The notes: a model not told the origin generated them from the letters alone. DNA of 39,544 bases from Candidatus Nomurabacteria bacterium (GCA_028286485.1 JAQBRM010000030.1:1-39544), one strand, 5' to 3'. Shown: positions 27,433 to 35,791, counted from the stretch's first letter. A program made the numbers and translations.

Positions 27433-27999
27433 ATGAGAAACGATATGACTGCGGATTTTAAAGCCCGCTACCCTGCTATTGCCCAATATGTTGATATTGT
27501 GTTGGAAACACCACGGGAATTCTACATGTATAACGCCACTGTAACCATTGAAGAGGCGTTCAAAAATGCGCTCATCGAAGACCCTGCAATAGAAGCGTTC
27601 GAGATATCCGCCTTGGGAAGCATTGCCGAATGGTTGGAATGGTTTATCTTCGCTGATAATCTGTCTCATAATGGACGTATTACGTTTGAGATAGAAACAC
27701 TTAAGAAGGAAGAACATGCCGCCTTACGCGCAATCGTGCAAAAGAACAAGGTACGGCGCAATCCTATGAATCAACTGCAAACGTTTTTGCTTGATGAACA
27801 CATAGGAAATCACAGTATTATCATACACGATAACAATCGCCGGCTTTTGGAAAAATTAGTGAAAACTATTACCCCCGAAAAAGGCCACCCTCATAGTGCC
27901 TACGATGAATTCGATAATAAGAGAAAAGTCCATTATGTAGGACTTTTTGCAGCAGTGATCAGAAGTATCTGCCTTGATTACATCAAATCGAAAGAGTAA
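27433..27999 (+). CDS. Hypothetical protein
   Basis: 188-aa open frame between two terminators; no recognised motif. Confidence 0.6.
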   Translation: MRNDMTADFKARYPAIAQYVDIVLETPREFYMYNATVTIEEAFKNALIEDPAIEAFEISALGSIAEWLEWFIFADNLSHNGRITFEIETLKKEEHAALRAIVQKNKVRRNPMNQLQTFLLDEHIGNHSIIIHDNNRRLLEKLVKTITPEKGHPHSAYDEFDNKRKVHYVGLFAAVIRSICLDYIKSKE

Positions 28000-28002
28000 C
28001 AC

Positions 28003-28027
28003 AAAGCCTCCCTTGGGAGGCTTTTTT
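28003..28027 (+). terminator. Intrinsic terminator
   Basis: AAAGCCTCCC-TT-GGGAGGCTTTTTT just after the stop at 27999. Confidence 0.8.
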
Positions 28028-28029
28028 AT

Positions 28030-28058
28030 TGGACAATTGTCCCCTATTCGGCTACAAT
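28030..28058 (+). promoter_or_regulatory. Putative efp promoter
   Basis: TGGACA-N17-TACAAT, 8 nt before the ATG; contains the palindrome GGACAATTGTCC (28031-28042). Confidence 0.6.
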
Positions 28059-28066
28059 CGAGACCT

Positions 28067-28648
28067 ATGGCAATGCTTGAATATAACGAGATCCGCGAAC
28101 GAAAAATCATTCTCTGGGAAGGCGAGCCCTATGAAGTCATTACCAGTCATGTCTTCCGCAAACAGCAGCGCAAGCCGGTCAATGCAACCAAGATCAAGAA
28201 TCTCATCACCGGCCGCGTGGCGGAAATCTCCTTCGGCTCATCCGAAAAGGTGCATGAAGCGGACATGATCAGCCGCCCGGCGATCTTCCTGTACAAAGCC
28301 AAGGGCGAAGTCTGGCTGTGCGATGCCAAGGACAAGAGCCAGCGCTTTTCATTGAAGGAGGATATTGTCGGCGACAAGCTGAAGTACATCAAGGATAACA
28401 GTGAAGTTGACCTGATCATTTTCACCAATGACGATGATGAAGAGCAGGTTATTGGCGTGAAGGTACCGATCAAAGTAGAGTTGGAAATTACCGAAGCTCC
28501 TCCGGTCATCAAAGGTGCCAGTGCCAACACCGGCAACAAGGTGGTCACGCTCGAAAACGGCGCGACCATCAACGCTCCCCTTTTCGTCGCTGCCGGCGAC
28601 CGCATCCGCATCAACACTGAGACAGGTGAGTATGTCGAGCGCGCGTAA
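28067..28648 (+). CDS. efp: Elongation factor P
   Basis: GEPYEV, KIKNLITGR, VELEITEAPPVIKG, KVVTLENGATINAPLFV..GDRIRINTETGEYVERA; start ATG 28067. Confidence 0.93.
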   Translation: MAMLEYNEIRERKIILWEGEPYEVITSHVFRKQQRKPVNATKIKNLITGRVAEISFGSSEKVHEADMISRPAIFLYKAKGEVWLCDAKDKSQRFSLKEDIVGDKLKYIKDNSEVDLIIFTNDDDEEQVIGVKVPIKVELEITEAPPVIKGASANTGNKVVTLENGATINAPLFVAAGDRIRINTETGEYVERA

Positions 28649-28666
28649 GCTACACTCGTCTAACCC

Positions 28667-28711
28667 CAAAACAAAAAGCCGATTCCCTTTGGGAATCGGC
28701 TTTTTGTTTTG
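28667..28711. terminator. Bidirectional terminator between efp and rpsR
   Basis: CAAAACAAAAAGCCGATTCCC-TTT-GGGAATCGGCTTTTTGTTTTG perfect 21-bp IR between convergent genes. Confidence 0.9.
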
Positions 28712-28912
28712 TTAGTTTACGATAAACGGCAAGAGTGCCATGAATCGTGAGCGCTTTACGGCTTCGGCCAGAGAACGTTGGTTCTTGGCACTGAGACCGG
28801 TGCGGCGACGAGACAGGATACGGCCATTCGGGTTCAAAAACCGTTTAAGGTTTTCTACATCCTTGTAGTCGATAAACTGAATGTTGTTTGAATTAAAGTA
28901 ATCGTTTTTCAT
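28712..28912 (-). CDS. rpsR: 30S ribosomal protein S18
   Basis: [13 protein letters not shown]...[28 protein letters not shown]. Confidence 0.97.
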   Translation of the reverse strand: MKNDYFNSNNIQFIDYKDVENLKRFLNPNGRILSRRRTGLSAKNQRSLAEAVKRSRFMALLPFIVN

Positions 28913-28917
28913 ATGAA

Positions 28918-29394
28918 TTAGAATGGAATGTCTTCAAGGTTTATTTCTTCATCGGGATACTCAATGGTATCAAGATCAGCCGGAGCGCTCTTTTGAGGAG
29001 CCTCTCCGTCACTGATACCGCTGGCGGACTGGGGAGCAGTATTACTGTACCCTCCGGTCGCGCCGCCCGGCTTCGGGCCGAACTGGAATGTATCGATAAC
29101 GATTTCAGTACGGTAGTTTTTCTTGCCGTCCTGGCCATCCCAGCTGCGTGTCTGAATGCGGCCTTCTACGAACAGTGAGCTGCCCTTGCGAGCATACTGA
29201 GCGAGGTTCTCCGCCTGACGTCCAAATGACACAAGGTTGTGGTATTCGGTCGCTTCTTGGCGAGCGCCAGCCTGATCTTTCCAGACGCGGTTGGTAGCAA
29301 GCGCAATGCTGGCTACCTTGCTGCCTGAAGGCAATGCCTTCAATTCAGGATCGCGGGTAAGGTTACCGATGAGAAATACTTTGTTGAGATACAT
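28918..29394 (-). CDS. ssb: Single-stranded DNA-binding protein
   Basis: [31 protein letters not shown]-terminal EDIPF. Confidence 0.98.
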   Translation of the reverse strand: MYLNKVFLIGNLTRDPELKALPSGSKVASIALATNRVWKDQAGARQEATEYHNLVSFGRQAENLAQYARKGSSLFVEGRIQTRSWDGQDGKKNYRTEIVIDTFQFGPKPGGATGGYSNTAPQSASGISDGEAPQKSAPADLDTIEYPDEEINLEDIPF

Positions 29395-29437
29395 GGGATA
29401 AATGGGTAATTAGGGTAATAATTCCTATTATAGGATA

Positions 29438-29971
29438 TTACGCTTCGGTTGTCTCGCTAGGTGCTTCGACCGCCATATCCGCTGCCACGTCAGGGAGTTT
29501 TTCGTGGAGTTCCTTCACCTCTTCATGCGTGTCTTCGATGACGTCTTCATTTGCTGCTGCAAGTTCTTCTTCAGAAACTTCCATTTCATCAAATGAAACA
29601 TTGTCGCGCTTCGCTTCAATCTTCGGCTTTTTGAATTGCACCAAGTTTTCCGCGCTGGTCTTGATGAGCATGTAGCGCATCAATTCCAAATTTGCATCAA
29701 GCGCTTTCTTCAATACGGCTTGTGACTCGGGAGCTGCGGTGAATTTCATCCAACCGAAGTATCCTTGCGTCCATTTCATTTTCTTACTCTTCACGTTTTT
29801 TTCGATTCGGTATGCGAGATCGATGAATTCGGTAGTGCCTTCTGCACCAACGGTTCCACCAGCTGCTGCAACAGCAGCTTTCAGTTCAGCAACCTTTTGG
29901 TCTACTTCACTTTCAGGAACAGTGGGTACCAGAATGAATCCGAGTTCGTACGTACGATTTTCTTCTGACAT
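29438..29971 (-). CDS. rpsF: 30S ribosomal protein S6 with long acidic C-terminal tail
   Basis: RTYELGFIL, LAYRIEK, GYFGWMKF, LMRYMLIK; rpsF-ssb-rpsR operon; start ATG 29971. Confidence 0.92.
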   Translation of the reverse strand: MSEENRTYELGFILVPTVPESEVDQKVAELKAAVAAAGGTVGAEGTTEFIDLAYRIEKNVKSKKMKWTQGYFGWMKFTAAPESQAVLKKALDANLELMRYMLIKTSAENLVQFKKPKIEAKRDNVSFDEMEVSEEELAAANEDVIEDTHEEVKELHEKLPDVAADMAVEAPSETTEA

Positions 29972-30183
29972 TATTAATGATGAATTACACTTACTCACCA
30001 AAACATATATTTATACTCTGCGGGTTTTCGCCCACTTAGCATGTCCTCGAGTACAAATATATGTTTTGGGTCGTCGTGCAATTCTATTTTATTGCTAAAC
30101 GAGCCCGCTTCGGACCAATGCCCTGCTATTGCAGGGAACGGGGGCTACCGGCACATACTACCTTATAACGGCCGGTTTGTAAA
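29972..30183 (-). promoter_or_regulatory. rpsF promoter and ~180-nt structured leader
   Basis: TTTACA-N17-TAGTAT (30183-30155); 21-bp stem 29998-30069; outer stem 29982-29990 with 30076-30084. Confidence 0.65.
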
Positions 30184-30185
30184 AT

Positions 30186-30207
30186 AAAAAGCCCCTATTG
30201 GGGGCTT
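30186..30207 (-). terminator. Intrinsic terminator
   Basis: Minus strand AAGCCCCC-AAT-AGGGGCTTTTT right after the stop at 30213. Confidence 0.7.
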
Positions 30208-30212
30208 AGATT

Positions 30213-30674
30213 TTAGATGGCCTGAGGAACATTTATAGGCTTATAATTAACAGGTTTTGGGAAGGCTTTATACGCAGCGCGGGCCAGGATACGAACTTTC
30301 TTTTGGGGATAACAAGCGACAAGGATACGCATGGCGTCGAGTATGCCACCTTCTCCTTCATACTGCCTCCAAGTACCGGACCTTGCCTGAAGAACGATTC
30401 TGGAGCTGATAAACGGGAGAAAACGCTCCGGATAAAGGCGCATGGCACGAGTAACTATTTTTACTGCGGAATAAAAATTGATGTTTTGCTTCTGATAAAA
30501 AGAGGTATTTTTATCCATTATTCTCCTACTCATATCCTTGATCACTTGTATTGCGAACCAGGGCTCGGGTACATAAGTAATATCACCTATCCTGCCTTCT
30601 TTTTGAGGACTGTTATTTATTTTTGTCATAACGCTAGTTTTCCGCATACTAGCATCTTGTGTGCTGCTTAGCAA
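30213..30674 (-). CDS. Hypothetical basic protein (start uncertain)
   Basis: Open frame co-oriented with tatD and followed by a terminator; no recognised motif. Confidence 0.5.
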   Translation of the reverse strand: MLSSTQDASMRKTSVMTKINNSPQKEGRIGDITYVPEPWFAIQVIKDMSRRIMDKNTSFYQKQNINFYSAVKIVTRAMRLYPERFLPFISSRIVLQARSGTWRQYEGEGGILDAMRILVACYPQKKVRILARAAYKAFPKPVNYKPINVPQAI

Positions 30675-30695
30675 CGCATACTCTTTAGACCCGGT

Positions 30696-31481
30696 CTAAA
30701 GAGTGTGGAACAGGGTTTGGGCGTTTTGGAGAAGCTGAGCTTCTACGGTTTCTAGGGGCAAATCCTTTATTTCAGCGATTTTTTTGACTATTTCCACGAC
30801 ATAGGCCGGTTCATTGCGTTTGCCGCGATAGGGAGCAGGGGCGGCAAATGGCGCGTCTGTTTCGCTCAGAATACGGTCTAGGGGCACCATTGCCACAATA
30901 GCCTCATATTCCTTCACAAATGTAATAACGCCCGAGAAAGAAATATAGAAGCCCAGATCAAGAAATTCCTGCGCAATACGCTCATCCCCTGCAAAGAAAT
31001 GCGCGGTACCAGTCAGTTGCGGCGCCGCTGTTTTGTACTCTTTCAGAATGGCGATGGCGTCGTCGTAGGCATCCATAGTGCCGACTTCCGGACGGATGTG
31101 CAGCATCAATGGCAAGCCGCTCTCTATCGCCAATTCTATCTGCCGACGAAAAAGTATTACTTGCTCATTTTTGTACTCGCGCTCCGCTTCACGAAAATAA
31201 TCCAAGCCGCACTCCCCGATCGCCACGACATTTGTTCCTTCCGCCAACGCCGCAAATTCCACCGCATCCCATTCCTGTGACCATTCCGTCGGATGCTGCC
31301 CCACACAAGCCCAGATGTTTTCATTATCCCGGGCAATTTCTATCGCCAGCTTGCTCGTCTCCAAATCAATGCCGATACATATCGTGCCCACTTCCGCCTC
31401 ATTCATGCGTGCAATCGCCACTTCCCGATCTTCATCAAACTGCGCGAGGTTGTAATGCGAATGTGTGTCTATGGTTTTCAT
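30696..31481 (-). CDS. tatD: TatD family DNase
   Basis: IDTHSH, GQHP, AIGECGLDY, LMLHIR, HFF, LSETDAPF, RGKRNEP. Confidence 0.96.
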   Translation of the reverse strand: MKTIDTHSHYNLAQFDEDREVAIARMNEAEVGTICIGIDLETSKLAIEIARDNENIWACVGQHPTEWSQEWDAVEFAALAEGTNVVAIGECGLDYFREAEREYKNEQVILFRRQIELAIESGLPLMLHIRPEVGTMDAYDDAIAILKEYKTAAPQLTGTAHFFAGDERIAQEFLDLGFYISFSGVITFVKEYEAIVAMVPLDRILSETDAPFAAPAPYRGKRNEPAYVVEIVKKIAEIKDLPLETVEAQLLQNAQTLFHTL

Positions 31482-31524
31482 AAATTCATAGTAACAGAAA
31501 GTACCTTGTACCTCCAGTATCCAC

Positions 31525-31583
31525 GCTCCGTGGACAATTTAAAAGTCCTTGGCAAGCCGCGGATTTTAAATTGTCCAGCTCCG
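31525..31583. repeat. Small palindromic element with 14-bp terminal IRs flanked by GCTCCG direct repeats
   Basis: GCTCCG-TGGACAATTTAAAA...TTTTAAATTGTCCA-GCTCCG. Confidence 0.6.
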
Positions 31584-31764
31584 CCCAGCTATTGGTGGGA
31601 ATGTAATTGTAAGTGGTATCGGGGTCGTACGTTCTGAAGCACAAGCACCCCATAGAAAGAAAGTATCCCTGCACACCCGGCCGGAAGAATGAAAATTAAA
31701 TGGCAGCTGAATCCTTGGAAGATGACACTTTAATTTTTACTTCTGGAGCATGGGCCACACGGGT

Positions 31765-33297
31765 CTATTTATCCAACCGATTGAATAACGGCTTCTCTGG
31801 ACTCTTTTTTTCTTTCACTAATGTAAGAATGGTCTGGGCAGTATTTGGCATAAATGGTTGGAGGAGGAAGCCGATGATGTATAAACGGATCGCGAGATCT
31901 CCAACAATGCGTTGTGCTTCCGGCATGTCGGTTTTGGCCAGCTTGAACGGTTCCTTGTTTTGAATCAGCCAGTCGAGAGAATTTATTTCCCGCCAAATAT
32001 CATCCATAGCGGACTTCAAATCAAAACTTTCTATTTTCTGCGCAAATCCTTCCGGCACCGCGTCCGATTCAGCAGAATCGCGTCGCGTGGTGTCAATTGA
32101 AACGCGACGTTCTAGTAGGTCTTCATCAGTCGGCAGCAGGTAGGACACTTCATAACTCACCACCATTTTCATGATGCGTGAGACTAGGTTGCCCAGACCA
32201 TTGCAAAGATTTGCCGTATAAGCTTCAGCCAGTGATTCCAATGTCATGTCGGCATCTTCAAAAGAGTTCATGTGTCGTAGCAAGTAGTATCGCAAGACAT
32301 CACTGGCCAAATCCCCCGCCACTGCTTGGTATGCTTCAATAACAGCATAGGGATTGATAACATTACCAATTGACTTGGACATTTTTTCTCCGCCGGAATT
32401 AATGAAGCCGTTCACCACAATATGCGCGCTGTTCGGCAGATCAGCTGCAATGAGCATCGCTTGCCACATGGATGATTGCTGGCGGGTATTATCCTTGCCG
32501 CAGTACTGCACAGGTGTACCATTCGTCCAATACTTTTCAAATGTCTCTGTGTTTTCGGGCCAGCCGAGAGTGGAGATGTAGTTCACCAAGGCATCAAACC
32601 AGACATACATGACCTGCGTCTCATCATCCGGCACCGGTACGCCCCACGGCATCTTTTCCGCCACTCGGGAAATAGAAAAATCATGCAATCCGTTTTTAAG
32701 GAATGATTTCATCTCATTGTATCGAAAGTCCGGAATAATAAAATCGGGATGACTATCATAAAACGCTTGCAGCTTGTCTGCCAGTTTCGAATACGCGAAG
32801 AAGTAATTCTCTTCATTGATGTACTCCACCGGTCGTCCGGTGTGAATCAAACAACAATCGTTCTCATCAACTTCCGAGTCTGTTTTTTCCAATTCACAGC
32901 CCGTACAGTACTTTGTCTGATACTGCTTTTTATAAATGTAGCCATTGTCATTAACCTTTTGCCAGAAGGCTTGCGCGGCTGCCACGTGATGCGTATCAGT
33001 AGTACGGATGAAATGTACTTGTGGTGTGATATTCAATAATTCGGCCAAGCCGCGAAACCTCTCCGCGTATCGATCCACATATTCTTGTACGGGAATACCT
33101 TCTTTTTCAGCCGCTTTGTAGAGCTTGGCACCGTGTTCATCGGTACCGGTATTGAAAAAGACATCATAGCCTTGCAGTATTTTGTATCGTGCCACGACAT
33201 CGGCCCGGATGAACTCCATGGCAAAACCAACGTGCGGATCGGCATTCACGTACGGCAAGGTCGTCGTTATATAAAATGGTTTCTGATTGTCCGGCAT
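31765..33297 (-). CDS. metG: Methionyl-tRNA synthetase (short form, no C-terminal tRNA-binding domain)
   Basis: FYITTTLPYVNADPHVGF, TGTDEHG, YVWFDAL, KMSKS; start ATG 33297. Confidence 0.97.
   Translation of the reverse strand: MPDNQKPFYITTTLPYVNADPHVGFAMEFIRADVVARYKILQGYDVFFNTGTDEHGAKLYKAAEKEGIPVQEYVDRYAERFRGLAELLNITPQVHFIRTTDTHHVAAAQAFWQKVNDNGYIYKKQYQTKYCTGCELEKTDSEVDENDCCLIHTGRPVEYINEENYFFAYSKLADKLQAFYDSHPDFIIPDFRYNEMKSFLKNGLHDFSISRVAEKMPWGVPVPDDETQVMYVWFDALVNYISTLGWPENTETFEKYWTNGTPVQYCGKDNTRQQSSMWQAMLIAADLPNSAHIVVNGFINSGGEKMSKSIGNVINPYAVIEAYQAVAGDLASDVLRYYLLRHMNSFEDADMTLESLAEAYTANLCNGLGNLVSRIMKMVVSYEVSYLLPTDEDLLERRVSIDTTRRDSAESDAVPEGFAQKIESFDLKSAMDDIWREINSLDWLIQNKEPFKLAKTDMPEAQRIVGDLAIRLYIIGFLLQPFMPNTAQTILTLVKEKKSPEKPLFNRLDK
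32060..32109 (-). repeat. 50-bp double-hairpin element, copy 2 (in-frame in metG)
   Basis: Minus strand CGTCGCGT-ttcaattgacacc-ACGCGACG-CGATTCTGCTGAATCGGACGC; same geometry as the copy in ftsK. Confidence 0.85.
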
Positions 33298-33298
33298 G

Positions 33299-34363
33299 TT
33301 AGTCGAGGGTATTGTTAGTGGTGATAGGCACCAATTTTTCCTTTTCCACATCACTGAGGTATTCCAAAATAAAGACCGCTACCGGAATGGCGATCAGCGC
33401 GCCCCAGAATCCCGCCACCGTAATGCCGAATAAGAATGAGAGCAGCACGACCAATGGTGGAATGCCGACAGTGCGATGCGCCACGACCGGACTGAGCACA
33501 TAGTTCTCGATCTGCTGCGCTACGATATAGAAAATAAATACCTTCAATCCCAGCAATGCTCCTCCATCAATGACAGCAAATAGCACAGCGGGTACAGCGG
33601 CAAAATAAATACCGAACGGCACCAACTCAGCAATCCCGCTGATCACACCGATCAAGAATGCGTACTGCACACCGAGCAATGCCAAGACTACTGTCACAAT
33701 GGCCCCGATGATCAATCCCAGCATCAATTGTCCTTTGAACCACAAGCCAATCTTATGCTGCGTGCGATGCCACAAACTAATGACATAGCGTTCGTGTTTC
33801 AATGGTGTGAGAATGCGGAGAAATGATTCAATACCCTTCTCTTGAATAGACAGATAGAATGACATGACCGTCACCAATACTACATCCACCAAGCCGCCAA
33901 ACGTAGTGCCGATGACCGTTGTCGCTCCTTGCGAAAGATTACCGGTAGCATTTTTTATGCTACCCAAGATATCGGCAAACGAGGCGTGCTGCGTGATGCT
34001 GGCCACGAACTGTGTGGCACTTTGAATGGATTGATTAGTCACCGTCGGCGTATTCGGCAAGTACTGCAAGAGCGCCGTCAGCAACCCCGACAATTCCCGA
34101 ATCATAACCGGTACGAAGGTATAGAAAAGGGTGGCCAAAATCCCCACCACGACCAAGAAAATAAGCGGTACGGACAGTGTGCGGTCAATGCCGTGCTCCT
34201 TGAACATGCGTACCCAGGCCTCCACAAACGATGCAATGACGATGGACACAATGACGAGCAAGAGGATATTGCGGACTTCAAATAGGATAACGACTGCCCC
34301 TATCAGCAAAATACCCCGAATCATGGTATCGGTGCTGATTCTGATTAATCGGGAGTCACTCAT
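33299..34363 (-). CDS. AI-2E family (PerM) transporter
   Basis: Multi-TM; WFKGQL, AELVPFG, QQIENYVLSP, GFWGALIAIPVA. Confidence 0.92.
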   Translation of the reverse strand: MSDSRLIRISTDTMIRGILLIGAVVILFEVRNILLLVIVSIVIASFVEAWVRMFKEHGIDRTLSVPLIFLVVVGILATLFYTFVPVMIRELSGLLTALLQYLPNTPTVTNQSIQSATQFVASITQHASFADILGSIKNATGNLSQGATTVIGTTFGGLVDVVLVTVMSFYLSIQEKGIESFLRILTPLKHERYVISLWHRTQHKIGLWFKGQLMLGLIIGAIVTVVLALLGVQYAFLIGVISGIAELVPFGIYFAAVPAVLFAVIDGGALLGLKVFIFYIVAQQIENYVLSPVVAHRTVGIPPLVVLLSFLFGITVAGFWGALIAIPVAVFILEYLSDVEKEKLVPITTNNTLD

Positions 34364-34392
34364 AGTGCTATGGTACCATTGCCCCGTAAGGG

Positions 34393-35700
34393 TTACAAGG
34401 TAGTGAAAATAGCAGAAGTAACAATGCCCTTTTCAAACGGTCCTACTACGGAGAGATTGGCATTTTTGGCTACAAATAGCTTCCGTGCCACACGCTGAAT
34501 ATCGGCAGGGGTCACCGCCATGTATTCCTTGGTCATTTGCTCCGGTGTCTTATATTCACCCTTCAACAGAAGCTGCATACCATAAAATCCGGCAACGCTA
34601 TCGCTGGATTCCAAACCGAGACGCATCATGCCGACTGATTGTTCCTTGGCTTTGTTAAGTTCTACTGCGGATACCGGCTCATTTTTTATCTTTACCAATT
34701 CCGCAATGATGCTTTCCATGATTTCCGCGAAGCGGGTTTTATCAATACCGGCGGCAATGGAAAAAATACCATGGTCGGTGAATGTTTCCGTCTCGGTATG
34801 CACATAGTACGCCGCGCCCAATTCTTCACGCAATCGCAAAAACAATCGTGAGCTCATTCCCCCGCCCAGCAACGTGCTGAGCAATGATAGCGCCGGTCGA
34901 TCAGGATGGTTCAGCGGCAATGAACGGAAGCCCACTATGAGATGCGCTTGGTCGGTTGCTTTATGAAAGAGCACGCTCTGCGCTTTGATTTGTGTATCGA
35001 TGGTTTTTTTCTTTCCTCGATGCGCCGTAGCTTTAGCGGAGGCGATGCCCGCCTCCGCTCTGACGAGCTTCGGCGCGGTAAAAGCGGTCTTCACTTGCTG
35101 TTGCACCAACTTCGGATCAATGCCGCCCGCCACCATGACAATGGTATTTGCCGGCGTATAGTGCGCGCGCTGGTAGCGAATGAGGTCTTTGCGGGTGAAA
35201 CTATTGACGGTCGCCTTAGGACCAATGACACTCCAGCCGGCCGGCTGATCGCCGTACATCAATGCAAAAAGGTTCTCTCCGGCCTTGTACTGCGGCACAT
35301 CCTCGTACATGTTGATTTCCTCGATCACGACACCTTTCTCTTTGCCGATTTCATTTTCCGGAAATGTCGAGTGCAGATAGATGTCACTGAGAATATCAAT
35401 GAACTGATCGGTGTGGGCCGGATTGCCTTTGGCATAGTAGCCGGTGTACTCCTTATCGGTAAAGGCATTGGAAATGGCGCCCAAACCATCAAACGCTTCG
35501 GCCAAGATTTTGGCAGAGGGCCGACTCTCGGTACCTTTGAAGTACATGTGTTCCAAGAAATGCGATAGACCATTCTCTGTTTTCTTTTCGTATTTTGATC
35601 CCGTTCCTACTAAAATCAGCACGGTAGCGGTGGCTGCATCAGCTTGCGGTGCCATGACCAGTCGCAAGCCATTGGATAGTGTTTTCTGTATTATTTTCAT
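34393..35700 (-). CDS. M16 family zinc peptidase (pitrilysin-like)
   Basis: GLSHFLEHMYFKGT (HxxEH), NAFT, EEINMYED, LGGGMSSRLF..LREELGAAY. Confidence 0.95.
   Translation of the reverse strand: MKIIQKTLSNGLRLVMAPQADAATATVLILVGTGSKYEKKTENGLSHFLEHMYFKGTESRPSAKILAEAFDGLGAISNAFTDKEYTGYYAKGNPAHTDQFIDILSDIYLHSTFPENEIGKEKGVVIEEINMYEDVPQYKAGENLFALMYGDQPAGWSVIGPKATVNSFTRKDLIRYQRAHYTPANTIVMVAGGIDPKLVQQQVKTAFTAPKLVRAEAGIASAKATAHRGKKKTIDTQIKAQSVLFHKATDQAHLIVGFRSLPLNHPDRPALSLLSTLLGGGMSSRLFLRLREELGAAYYVHTETETFTDHGIFSIAAGIDKTRFAEIMESIIAELVKIKNEPVSAVELNKAKEQSVGMMRLGLESSDSVAGFYGMQLLLKGEYKTPEQMTKEYMAVTPADIQRVARKLFVAKNANLSVVGPFEKGIVTSAIFTTL
35022..35076. repeat. REP-like inverted doublet in-frame within the M16 peptidase gene
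   Basis: CGCCGTAGCTTTAGCGGAGGC-gatgccc-GCCTCCGCTctgacgAGCTTCGGCG; encodes APKLVRAEAGIASAKATA in the inter-domain linker. Confidence 0.7.
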
Positions 35701-35791
35701 CCCTTCATTAAAGCGGAAATCGCCGCTTTATGCAAAATTGACAAGATGGAAGGAAAAAAGGTATGGTAAGAAAAAACCAAATCAAAAAAAC

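Noticed and set aside
27974-28066. 31-aa N-terminal extension of EF-P
   Set aside because: It spans the upstream stop codon, terminator and promoter; the real start is ATG 28067.
30085-30155. Resemblance to a c-di-GMP-I riboswitch 3' end, twister ribozyme or SRP RNA
   Set aside because: Only short fragments match. The GGCAAA/GAAA P2 elements, twister pseudoknots and the SRP domain IV motif are missing.
31486-31674. 62-aa ORF in the metG-tatD gap
   Set aside because: It runs through palindromic elements and has no protein-like features.
35444-35791. 147-aa plus-strand ORF 35444..35887
   Set aside because: Its 5' part is antisense to the M16 peptidase; only the last 31 codons from ATG 35792 have promoter support.
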